Shown: positions 25,101 through 37,000 of the stretch, piece after piece
Numbering within the stretch: position 1 is the first letter of the stretch
Layout of the letters: every line of letters begins with the position of its first letter
Assembly: GCA_047495785.1 (NCBI GenBank)
Contig: JBLDXI010000018.1
Span: forward strand, 186,001 to 250,000
DNA from: Lepidodermella squamata
Taxonomy: Eukaryota > Animalia > Gastrotricha
Length of the DNA stretch: 64,000 nucleotides
Direction of reading: 5' to 3'
Translations under genes and position numbers: made by a program
Notes under the pieces: generated by a model
What the model was told of the DNA's origin: nothing
Database searches by the model: none
The model's input: the letters and a program-made list of their open reading frames with translations, nothing else

Positions 25101-28100
25101 GTACAGCCACTGGTAAAGTAGACCGTAACGAGCCGGGCGACTGCCTGTTAAGGCGCGGATGCGGCTTGGCGACGTAGCGGTGCGAGACGACTCGAGGCTG
25201 TGACTGGGCCGAATTCACCCGTGTGCTTGATCGTAGTGTGCGCGCGTTCTAGCTGTGATTCATGTTGCTGTTTGGCGATGACTTAGCGTAGAAAACAAAC
25301 CGACAGAAACGAAGAGAAACGATAAGACAGAAACGGTGTGAATTAACTTGAGTGATGCTGAGTGAGCGAGTGATGATCTGGTTTTGGCCATGAGACTTAA
25401 AAAGATCAAAGAGAGACGGTTAAGGTTGAGGATCAGGCGAGAGATGGTCAACAGGAGGAGAAGAAAACCATGCGCATGTCGACTGAACTGAGATGGAAAT
25501 TCATCAGGGGAACCTCCGGCAGCAAGTAAAAGTACACCAGATAGTAATTTATTCCTGCATAGGGAGACATCGCTTGCTTGGGTTGTTTGTCTGGGTCTAA
25601 TCTGGTCTTTGAGACTTCAAACTTAACAAAGAGAGATGGTTAAGGTTGAGGATCAGACGAGAGAAAATGAGAAGACCATGCGCTGGTCGACTGACCTAGA
25701 TGGAAATGCAACAGGGGAACCTCCGACAGCAAGTAAAAGTACGCCAGATAGTAGTTTATTCCTGTGTAATGAACAATCACATGCTTGGTTTGTTTCTCAT
25801 GTTCAATTGCTCACTTGTCAGCAGTTTTGAGGACATGTTACCTCAACGTAATATTTGCTTGGAATATTCAAAAGAAGTTAAGCCAGTCAGTTCTTCTGAT
25901 TACGATCTTTGCTAATGAAAGCTTTCTATTAAATTGCTATGAAGGCTCAAATGGGACAACTTTGAGGAGGGATAGATCTAAGATTCACTCGAATCGATAA
26001 TTATTATATAAATGCAGTAACTCGAGACTTTGAGATTTGCAGCCGTTTGATTAATTAAATACCCCTTCGAATTTAGATAAAGTGTTATAGTTTAGTAACC
26101 ATAATCGAGATCACGGATAGCCATTTCTTGAGTGAGATAGAAATCTGGCTATAAATCTTGAACTACAGGTTTTAATTTTTTGGTGAAAAGCGTGTAATTT
26201 GTTGTTAACTTGATTTTAGCTCTGGTGCTGAAATCGCTGTCGATGCCTCGAAGTGTTGGCGTTGTCGGTCTAGAAAATGCTGCTTGCCTTGCAGCGTCGA
26301 ACGCCATCATCCAGATGGTTCGCTCTTGCCCGGAAACTCTCGCTTCTATGCTCAACCGAGACCCGAATGCTGTTAACTACGGACTCATCGAAGGCGAACA
26401 AATTGTCGGGCTATTATCGCTATTCTGCGCGGTTATGAATTCAAGCAAAAATCACAGGTTGGTAAAATAAATTAAATAATTTTTATTCAAAATTATACAT
26501 AATTAGAATGATGAGAATTCAAATAATTTAAAGTGCAACATGGCGAGTCCATTTGCGACGAATTTAATTTCGAAATATTTTTTCCAGTGCTCTCCAGCCA
26601 AATGCGGTTTTGAAAGATCTCGGAATTTACAGCCACGAACAAGGCGATGCGATCGAATTTTTCAATCTTCTGTCTCGAATCATAAATTATGGCACCTCGC
26701 ACCCTGCTCAAACGTTCGACATGAAATCTCGCGTATTTTGCGCGTCTTGTGGCCGAAATCCGATAACTGAGTCCACTCAAACTATGCTCAGCTTCGACGT
26801 CATTCTTCCGCCTCGGGATGAATCTGTCAGCCAAGTCATTCACAGCATTGAAGATTTGTTGGTGTTCACGCTGGAGAAATCCAAAAAGAGCTACGCGCTG
26901 CGAAACGATGCGGTCACTCATCCGAATCCCCTATGCCCAAGCCGGTCGGAAAGTTGCGGTGGCATGAGTGTTGTTAAGGAGGATAAAATTATGGCGAGTG
27001 GCCCGACCGTTTTCTACGCGACCATCAAGCGAGATCGAAAACTAAAAGGTATGTTCTTAATATTGGGTCTTGCTGCTTTACTTCAAATCTATCCTCGCAT
27101 GAATTGGTCAATCATGACCGGGCCAAGACTAAAATTTGACATCTATACAACTATGTATCTATTATGCACACTATCTAGACTATATATCTAGACTTTATAT
27201 CACGAAGCGGCTCTTAGGCTTTTCCGTGCTATTATAGCCTAAAGAGTGACTTGAAAAGTGTTAAATTTTCGCCTATAAAAAGTGCATGACTTCAGCGAGC
27301 TAGAGCGGGATATCGACAGCTTGGCCACCAACTCGTCCAAGTCCAGAGCAATCTTATAGGCTGGCTGGTGACCAGGTCGAAGGTCTCGGCCTCTCTGGCA
27401 GCGAGGCGGAAGGCCCGGGTGACGCCGGCATCTTTCGATGACCGGGGCGTACTATTTGACAAATGCCTTGGCAAATTGCCGCAAATAACATTTGCTCTTG
27501 TTTCTGTCTGGAGAGAGGATTTGAATTGGAATTAACACTGTTGCAAAAACTTGTTGCCTTGTGATTTGAAAAATTCTGGCCAAATAATGGCAGTTCGGTT
27601 GAGAATCGCGGCCAATGCAGGAAGATCGCCAAATGCAACCTTGATATTCATCCTGACAGTGACCGTGACCTCTCCTGCAATTCGTAGAACATACGTAGAC
27701 AAAATTGCTTTCAAAATTGTCTCAGGTAGAATCGCCGTTCAACCTCGTCCTTCGGCTTTCTCACTGCAGACTGCAGACCAAAAGCCGAGTAAAAGCCTCT
27801 TAAAGCGGGCAGGCGTAGGGATGTTATGTCGATTCGACGAATGATCATGCCCAACTGATGGGGGACGTGACAGTAACAAATTCGAATTTTCTTTGATTTG
27901 TTCGCATGATCTTCGCCCCGATAGCATCGCCATGAGCTGCATTCGACACAGTGAGTTATCACTTCCGAGTTCAGCTAACGAGCTTCCTCGGGACAGTCAG
28001 CTACGATGATAATGCGGCAGGTGGAAGTTGATTTTCTTGAATTTATCCGTTGAAGTGGTGTAGCTACGGTTGCATGCTCTGTAGTGAATTTTGCGACATA

Positions 28101-28893
28101 AAATGCCCTCAAATGGATGCATTAAGCTGGGATCAGCAACCAAGGCTGATGGTCGCTATGTCGAAGCTGAGACCGTGACGAAACTAGACGCAATGCATCG
28201 CTATTGCTCTATCGAATCATTGTAACCTAGAAGGAGTGAAAAAGCAGAAAGCTTGTTTGAAAGTTTGAAGCCAATTGAGAACCTACGATTTCATCTTCAG
28301 AGATCAAATCCCAATAATCCTGTTCTATTTAATTGATTCAATTATTAAACTACTGTCTTTTCTTAGGTGAAACAACCGTGACGTGGTCAGATGTGCTCAA
28401 ATTGCCCTGCGAAACCGTCCCTTACATTTTCACTGGTGCAGTGGTCGAGATTCGAACTGCTGCGAATTGGCACGCAGTTTTCTACAATCGGCAACATCCG
28501 AAACTCATGCGTTACGACGATTCTCACTGCACAGAAATTAGCGAGCCGAAACTCGACCCTCCGCATTTGACGCTAATCGACGACGAAACGGACGGCAAGC
28601 GGTACGCATCGAATCGCGTGGTGCTACTTCGATTCATGCGAATTGACGCGGCAGTTGCGAGAACTTACGACGAGGCTGGTCCTCCTCAATCGATTCGCGA
28701 CCAAGTTCAAATCGAACTGACGGAATTAGCGACACGAAAGAGCCGTTTTTTGAATCAACCCCGTTACTTGAAGAAACGCCCGGTCTACCAAGTTAACGAA
28801 TCGGTGATAGAAAACTTCAAGCCGTATCGCGGCACTAGAATGGCAGCCCTGGTGGCTTATATCAACGAAATGGAGTCGAATAATCACTTTTGA
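22194..28893 (+). CDS. Divergent USP (peptidase C19)-fold protein with long acidic N-terminus; probable pseudo-deubiquitinase (~927 aa)
   Basis: In-frame exon chain 22194-22220, 22281-22574, 22984-23163, 23251-24307, 26220-26457, 26588-27048, 28367-28893. Cys-box-like GLENAACLAASNAIIQ, EQGDAIEFF, CASC, TIKR and His-box-like WHAVFY...YDDS. The 24307-26220 junction is inferred from phase only. Confidence 0.7.
25392..25767 (+). repeat. Imperfect direct repeat, two ~160-170 bp copies (25392-25560 and 25611-25767)
   Basis: Shared blocks ggttaaggttgaggatcag, accatgcgc..gtcgactga, caggggaacctccg and cagcaagtaaaagtac.ccagatagta. Confidence 0.8.
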
Positions 28894-29036
28894 TATGAAA
28901 GAGAGATTTTTACCTCGGTTATTTGCTCAAGAATGCTTCCTCAGCTGTTTGATTAAATTTTTGTAACATTGTTCATATTTTTCGCCCGCTATAGGTGCCC
29001 TTTAATTGATGTGTGTGTGAATTGAAGGGCTGAGAA

Positions 29037-32029
29037 ATGGCGAACGACACGCCGTTGAGTCCTGCGAGCCAGTCGCGGGAAATCCTCGACATCGAAGTTA
29101 GCCAGGTCAAATTCATCGCCAACATCGGCTCCGGGACATTCGCGAATGTTTACCTCGCTGATTGGCGGGGCGAAAAAGTGGCGGTGAAGCAGTACACCCA
29201 AGTGCAGCATATGCCGTTTTTCGAGGCTGAAACGCGGCAACTGGCGCGGGCGTGCCACCCCAACATCGTGGCGTTGTATGCGAAATCGAATGAACAACGC
29301 ATTTTGCTGATGGAATTCTCGCCGATGGGCGCGTTGGATCACATCATTGAGAAGCTGCACCGGTATGACTACACAGCGGCGCATGCGATATCGTGGGCGC
29401 GGCAGGCTGCGGACGGCATCGCACATTTGCACAAGGTCAATGTGCTGCATCGCGACCTCAAGCCGGCCAATATGTTGCTGTTTCGCGATGGGGCGCTGTT
29501 GAAGCTGACCGATTTCGGCACTTCGTGTCTTCAGCGAACTTACTTGACGAGCGACCGCGGTTCACCGGCTTGGATGGCGCCTGAAGTTTGGCACAGTAAG
29601 TTGGTATCGATATATTTGATCGTATCTTTTGACACATCGTTGTACCAATGTACTGTTACCATGAATGAGAGTGGCTTAATTTTCCCGCGCCAAATTTTAC
29701 TACTGTTTATACCCTGAGTGCCCTCGGTTGCCACATCCGTCGCATTTCCTTAAAATGGACACGTAGCCGAGAAGTGAGAACATGTTAGTCGGAGTCAGTC
29801 GCCGTCTGGGTGCTCGTAATCCGAGCCAGAATCAGGTTCAACATCCATTTGATCGACAGCGAAGTTGGCGAACTCGGCGACATTCTTCTAGACAGCCGTG
29901 AGGTATTGTTTTCGTGCCATTGCGGGACGAAGTAAGCCAGGAAATCTTCTTTCTCTGGAGTTTTGGCTTCTTCCATGACACGGACCATGTATTCATCGAC
30001 CCTATCGGGAGGTAGCAAAGCGTGAGTTTGCGAACCCACAGGCGGAAATTCTGGTTTTGCTGATACAGAACCTATATATAAAATGATATATAAGTACTTA
30101 ACAATTCAGCGGAAAACCGAGTTCACTTACCCTGTAGCCTCGATCGACAACGTTTGTGTAAAGGCATTGGCAATAGTGGAAATAGCATCCCACAAACTGA
30201 GCCGCGGGGAACGCCGTGGCAATTGCGGGGATGAGCCCAGTTTCGAAGTCAGCCGTTGTCTCATTTCGCCTGAGGCTCATGTGGTCTTGACAGTAGTCCT
30301 TCAACCGCCGGAAAATAGCTTGATAGCAAGGCTTTTTGACGATAACAACGCATACCACAACGGTTACGTTGTGCCGTGCTCCAAGCTGTGAACTATGAGG
30401 AGCTAGCTACATACGCGAGGGGCAACCTAATTACAAAATAGAGCTTAACATGACGAACAAGTTCTGAAAGAAACCATGAATTCAATACGGAAAGTAGGGT
30501 AAACGGTAAACCACAAGCTCCCCCAAGGCCTCGGCGGCTTGGATCACGGGCGGAAGAATTTTCTTCGGGGTTAGCCGTAACTTTTTCTGGAGGGTTTTCG
30601 CTGTCGCCGCGACCTCTTCGAGGAACTGCGCTGCTCGGTAGGTGTCGATGCCTTTCAGTGTCTCGTGTATCAACCGAACAGCTCGCGGCTTACCCGCGGC
30701 TTACTTAAGATCCTTTAACCTGAGACATTGAATAGACATTGAAAAAGCAGATCTTGGAGTAAATGAAAATTCTCAGCTTGATCTGGTGTAAGAAATCTTC
30801 TCATAAAAATCGGGCCATAGGCGAGAATGAAAGCCAAAAATCCTGGGCGTGCCAATCTTTGCCGATATCTCGTGCTAGTAATCGTGTCGGGGAAGACGAA
30901 ACGGGTTGCATAGAAACATTTAATTATGTTTTATATATATTGATGCGGTGTTTGTTTCTTCTTTTAGCTAACGACTACAACGAGAAGTGTGACGTCTACA
31001 GTTGGGCGATTGTCTTCTGGCAAATCCTATCTCGCCAGCAGCCATTCAGCGGCTTCACGATGTACCAGGTGATGTGGAAGGTCATCCACGGCGACCGGCT
31101 GCCGATGTTGAAGCAGTGCCCAACTGTCATTCGCAGGCTCATCACAAACTGCTGGGACGGCGATAAATCACGCCGACCTGACATGGACGATGTTTCTAAG
31201 CAAATGGCAATTCTTCAAAAAGTATGCCGAATCCCTTTTGCTAAGAGTTTTTTCTTATAAATCTCCAATTTTTCTAGTTGTACCCCGGAGGCGACCAGCC
31301 AATAACTGTACACCCCGAATCCGATCAGTTGGCTGCTGAACAAGCTGAAGCTTCCCGGCCAAACGACTTGCCAAGCTCGCTCGAAAGTTTCGATACCATA
31401 TCATCGTCGTCTTTCGAGAATCCCAGTCCTTTCATCCACGACGACCTCGGCTCGTTGAGTGTCGCCAGCAACGCGATTCGCTATCATGCGATGCCTGCTA
31501 CGACTTCCACCCTAACCCCAGCGCCTATGAGCCCACCGCCTAATAACTTCGAACTAGGCCTGCCAAGCACTGCTAGACGAATCAGCTCAAGAACGAATAC
31601 GCCAACCCCACCACCCGGGCCTGCCTCGAGGTCGAGCTCCGCAAATCAGATGTCGCGGCAAAATTCATCGCATTTGCCGAATTCGAACTCTGAGCAGGAT
31701 TTAGAACGATCGTTAGTGCAACCGTTGCCGGTAGATCCGAACGGGGCGATTTCGAAGGAGATCTACGAGCAGCACTTGCGGGTATCGGATGCTTACGCGA
31801 AGGCGTGCGCGAAAATCGACGAGTTGACGCGACAAAAGCAGGAGATGGTGTCTGATCTCGACCGCGTTCGTTCCGACGAGCGGGCTGGCCGAGAACGTGT
31901 GCAAGAGTACGAACGAGTCAGCAAAGAAAACGTAATTCTTCCAAATAAATCGGTAGCGTTTTTAATTCGTTCGATTTTCAGGAGGATCTATCACAAATCG
32001 TCAGTTTTCTTGAAAACAATCCCCAATAA
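29037..32029 (+). CDS. MAP3K7: TAK1/MAP3K7 kinase, full-length copy (~504 aa)
   Basis: Exons 29037-29595, 30968-31221, 31278-31931, 31982-32029. Motifs YTAAHAISWARQ, HRDLKPANMLL, GSPAWMAPEV and EKCDVYSW. The C-terminal QPLPVDPN...EIYEQH...QKQEMVSDLD resembles the TAK1 TAB2/3-binding coiled coil. Confidence 0.88.
29785..30673 (-). mobile_element. Mutator/MULE transposase remnant in TAK1 intron 1
   Basis: TADFETGLIPAIATAFPAAQFVGCYFHYCQCL (DFE plus CxFH signature) and downstream LLPP...DFLAYFVPQW. The ORFs are fragmented and the element boundaries are uncertain. Confidence 0.8.
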
Positions 32030-32439
32030 TGAACAATCACCGCCAGAGTCATCGTTCCGGTTCAGCATTTTCTACGCTCCATGCTGTTTAGTATTCGTGG
32101 ACAAGTCCAAACCAAATCGTATATGAATGATATGTACCTATATATGCGCGATTCTAAAGTTATCCTAAAACGACTTCTGATTTTCAACGAGATGCATCGA
32201 GGTTGTAAACAAAATTCTTCGATTGATACTGCTTTTTATGACGAGATGACTTGACATGCTACCTTCAAATGCCGCGGCCTTTACTTATTGTTATTATTAC
32301 TTGAATGTTTTATAATATTATCGCGAAAGTGAGTTGTTCGATTTCAGCTTTGCGAGTACGGCAAAAATCGTGGTTTTTTGTTTTGCGCCGAAAAATAAAG
32401 TGAATTTTACATTTTATCTAGAAATTTGATGGAATAAAA

Positions 32440-33921
32440 ATGGATAAAGTTTTGGATATTGGTGATCGGCGTTTGAGCTGGATTCGCAATATTGGTTACG
32501 GGAGTTTCGCCAGTGTCCATTTGACTAATTGGAATGGGGCCAAAGTAGCGGCAAAGCAATATATCCAGGAGCACCACGGAAGCTTTTTCGAAAATGAGGT
32601 TGAATTACTGGACCGTATGGCTCACCCTAATATAATTTCTCTCCTTGCAATATCGCGACCGCAACGTGTTTTGCTACTTGAATACTCACCCCTGGGCGCG
32701 TTGGATAAAGTTATTGACAATACGGACAAGTTTGACTATTCGGCTGAGCATGCAATTTCTTGGGCTCGGCAAATCGCGGACGCGTGTGCGCATCTGCATG
32801 AGCATAAGGTGTGCCATCGCGATCTGAAGCCGGCTAACATGCTGCTGTTTTGCGACGGCACAGTTTTGAAGTTGACAGATTTTGGCACTGCGGTTATTTA
32901 TTATGCCGATCGATTTATGACCAGTGACCGCGGATCGCCCGCTTGGATGGCGCCCGAAGTTTGGGGAAGTGAGTTGAACATTTTCACTTTTATTTATTCA
33001 TCTTATTTATTGATGAGCCATTCATCCATGAAGAGGTGGAAAGCTCAGCTGTATGCACAATTTACCTACTGTTATTTGGGAAATTCAATTTTGAAATCGG
33101 TACCGTAAATTTGGGGTGACTTTGGCATGTCGCAGATCGAAGGACAGAGTTCCAAAGAGGCCAATTAATTAGCCCGGCCGCTTTGATTAGTCCTTACATA
33201 TTCCTCTTGGTACTGGACTCCTACGACCTACTGCAATCGGTTTTATGTTCATCTTTTCCTTCGTTTTTAGCGAACAACTACACTGAAAAGTGCGATGTTT
33301 ACAGTTGGTCGATAGTTTTCTGGCAAATGCTGTCCCGCGAGCAGCCATTCAACGAATGCTTGAACCGATTCGAGGTGATGTGTAGAGTCGTCTCGGGCCT
33401 GCGTCTGCCCTTCTTGGACCAGTGCCCATCCGTCATTCAAGAGCTCATCACATCCTGCTGGGACTCGGAGCCACGAAAACGGCCTGATATGGCTTATATC
33501 GCTCGGCAAATGGAAATTCTTCAAAAGGTATTAAAATCATATTTTAAACTTTGTAGGCAATCATTTGATTTTGCTAGCTTTATCCTGGAGGTCACTTGCC
33601 GATCACAATGCACTTGGATCCTTCAGATAGATTGCATTCCGACGACGAACTCTTCGATGACGCCGATTGGGTTGTAGTAGGCGAATTCAGAAATGAACGT
33701 GCCAATAGTGTTGAAGTGAATGGATTCACACTCATCCCAGGAGAACACCAGCATTCCAACGCACCCCATAGATCAGCTAGTTTGACACAAGAAAACGTGA
33801 GTCATTTTCTTTTGCAATACGGCGAGTTTACGTTAACGTATTGAAAAATTTTCAGCGCAAGAAAAACGCATTCTTCGGCAAAGCTCTAAGAGCAATCAAA
33901 CGGCTGACGACTGATTCGTGA
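32440..33921 (+). CDS. MAP3K7: TAK1-like tandem paralogue with shortened C-terminus (~356 aa)
   Basis: Exons 32440-32968, 33271-33527, 33578-33796, 33856-33921, with the same three intron positions as the upstream copy. The VAAK, HRDLKPAN, DFG and APE motifs are intact. Confidence 0.82.
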
Positions 33922-34049
33922 TAACTTTTTTCCTATTTTTTGATGAAATGACAGTTTATTTAGTTGAGATTTTGAGCTTTGCAATACCGGTTTTTCATTA
34001 AAATATCTTCCGGTTTTTTTCAAAAGGAATGCTCTTTTTCTCATAGATC

Positions 34050-37000
34050 ATGGCAGATTCTAGTTTTATCGCGGGTTCAGATAATAATGAAGACTCAATT
34101 GTTGCAGCTAGTCCTCAAGCAGATGCTGAAAAAATGTGTCCAAAATGCGTTTTGGATCTATTTATCCCCGGAGCAATGGTTGAAAAAATGAGAAAATTCG
34201 TCGAAAAATGTGAACATATTTCAGCAGCGAGATCGATCGCTATTTTTTCCAAAGGGGCTCATAGGTTCGATGATTTGCGATGACTGGCCTCTGTTCCAAT
34301 AATTGCTTTTTTGAAGAGTAGCCTCAGCCTTGGCGTTTCAAGCCGCGATAACCATGGGATGCTGCCTTCAGAACAACGAACCAGATACCGATGAATTTGC
34401 GGAAACTTTGCTAGCAACTGCAGCCTCGCATCACTCGTTGCCTGAATTTCACACCTTGTTCATTCGCAAGCAGTCTTTGAATGATCTCCCGCTTCGAGTC
34501 GACGGTCTGCCGCCTCCAAATGTAGCGGCCGCGAATGGGATAAAATTTGTTTACGTTCAGACAAGTGAAGAGTTTGTCACTCTGTTGCTGGCCTTGCAGA
34601 GCTCGGCTGAATGCTATCGGTTGGTTGTAGTGGACAACTGCACGCAGGCGATGTTCTCGCTGTGGGACGAGTATCACATGCTGGCTGTCACCAGTTTGCT
34701 AGCAGCAACGCTGAACATGATAGACGCTAGGTAAGTAGTTACCGTAAAAACCGAAATTGGGTCCTAGGTCTATAATAGTGCCTCGCCTGGTTTAAGCCCC
34801 CAGTCTGAGCGAAGATTGAACTAATAATATCTCAGACCTAAATTAGTGTCTTGGTTTCTTAATAAATATGTTGCACTTGCTAATTTTAGCAAACATTCAA
34901 TTAAATTGATGTCCAGCTCAAATCTAATCTGGTGAGTATAAATACCTGATAGTTGAGATGAGTCGTCATCATTTTCGGTCAATAACAACCTATAACCTGC
35001 TGAGTTTCATTTTTTTCATCCCGAACTTTTACATCACACCAACCTCTTCTGTGGAAAGGATTCCCGTTTTGGTTGATAATCGAGGAAGTTGCCGAGGAGA
35101 TTGAAAAAAATGAAAATGATCTCCACGAAGAGGCGGAAATTTGACCGTTGTTTCATTTTAAAACTCTTTTCTAAATTCATTTTAATCTCATGACGATAGA
35201 TTTAAATAAATAATACCACGGCCTACAATAGTACCTCGCCCGTAATAAGCCCTCACTTTTTTCTTGGTTTGAAACTATAAAAACACGGCACCCAATTTCG
35301 GTTTTTACGGTATTTTATCTTTGATTGCGGTCTAAAGCACTGCTAAACATGACCAAGTTGGCTGTTTCTACTTTATATACCTTTTGGGTCAATGTATAAA
35401 CGTTTAAACTGTATAAACGTCTTTATACCTAATCTAGAAAGTTGAAATTGCTAATTAAGACGCATCTATTATTATTTCCCGCTTTTTTCATTTTTCTCAT
35501 TAAACATCAAAACCTTCAAAAAGTGTAAGCTTTCACTGATCAAAATGTTCAATCTTCACCGATTTTTTCTTCATCCTCAACACCCATGTCTAAACCAGTC
35601 AATTCTTCGTCTTCGCCTACATCGCTCTCGCTTGTAATGTATAACGAGGTATCCGGGGTTTCACTCGCTTCACTCGCGGCACTCGGCGCCGGGTTAGCGG
35701 CCTTATTTCGCAGGCTTTTAGCGATCAGCCTTTTGCGCACAAAAACTAGCTGATATGCAGTTATAGACCGGAGTCGGTTTCAAATTTTCGACCATTGAAA
35801 GCCGTACTGCGAAAATAGCCTCTCCACAGTAGAGTCAGACGATACCAGGCCATCCGATTTCAACGCGAGCTGAACGACTTTGTTGATGTGATTAGTAAAT
35901 AATGAACGGGTGTTGGCGAGAAAAATTCGATGCTACATGACTAAAATGAAACTGTTTACCTTGCGTCCTTCTCGACACGTGGTGGAAGTATGAAAGATGA
36001 GAGACGTGGAAGTATGCGGTATAACCTTGTGGGATCGCGAGACGACGCATGATGAGCGATCAAATCCGACGACGATTCGGCAAATATGCATATTCGTAAT
36101 TTTTCATACAATTCGTAGCTCCTCCGATTTTAGCGAGTTCCATAGGCTAAGACAATCCAGCCCGGTTCTTCAGGCGCTTTTGAACTCGAGTTTTTCATCC
36201 ATCGGAACTCGGCACCAGTTTAGAGTCGCGAAGGCCTGTTTTCAATCGAGATATGTCGTCACGAAGATTAAAGGCTTCGACAGAACGACGAATTTCGTCT
36301 ACGATAGCAGTTGGGCATTTTTCGAAGTGCACCTTTCGTCCATATTATACTATGTTTTTGTAGTTCCATGTGGCACTTATGCGTTCCTCTAGAATTGTTC
36401 AAACTGCTCCAGAGTGGGAAAGTTTGGCAATGCCTCCGCCTGGATTAGATGTAACTCAGCGCTTTGCGACAACAAGTGGATTAGGTGGAAGATAATGTCG
36501 CAATCTTGCTGGTCCTTCGGACGGTCAGCAAATGCAACCGCAGCCAGGTCGTGCGCAGTTTGAACGGAACCAGAAATATCAAGCGGGTCAAAAATCAAGC
36601 ATTCCAACCACGCTTGCGCTTCAAACGGGTTACGCACTCGCGCCAAGCGCATAGCGAATAAATGCAGAAAATGGGGTAAAGTAATATCAGATCCGCACAA
36701 AGAATCTAGCAAGCGTTGGTAATCTTGACGCGCCGAGCCTACCAAACGCGAGCCAAGCGCCCTGATGAAGAGCAAATCATCGTCCAACCCTTGGGCACTG
36801 TCCGCCCATTCCATGACCAAGTCTCAAAGGAACCCTTCCCATCAAATTTACCAGGATCGCTAAATAAGTTGGACACGGTAAATTGACTGCGCCCGGTATT
36901 GTTCAACATCATGCTGGCCCCCAATAAAGTGGATGGTCCCACACTAAAGCGCTCCGGTGCAGCTGTACTAACCGATGGGATGCACGCTCCCGCACTATTA

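Noticed and set aside
27240-28300. Short ORFs in the last intron of the USP-like gene
   Set aside because: Possibly decayed TE sequence, but no motif I can recognise.
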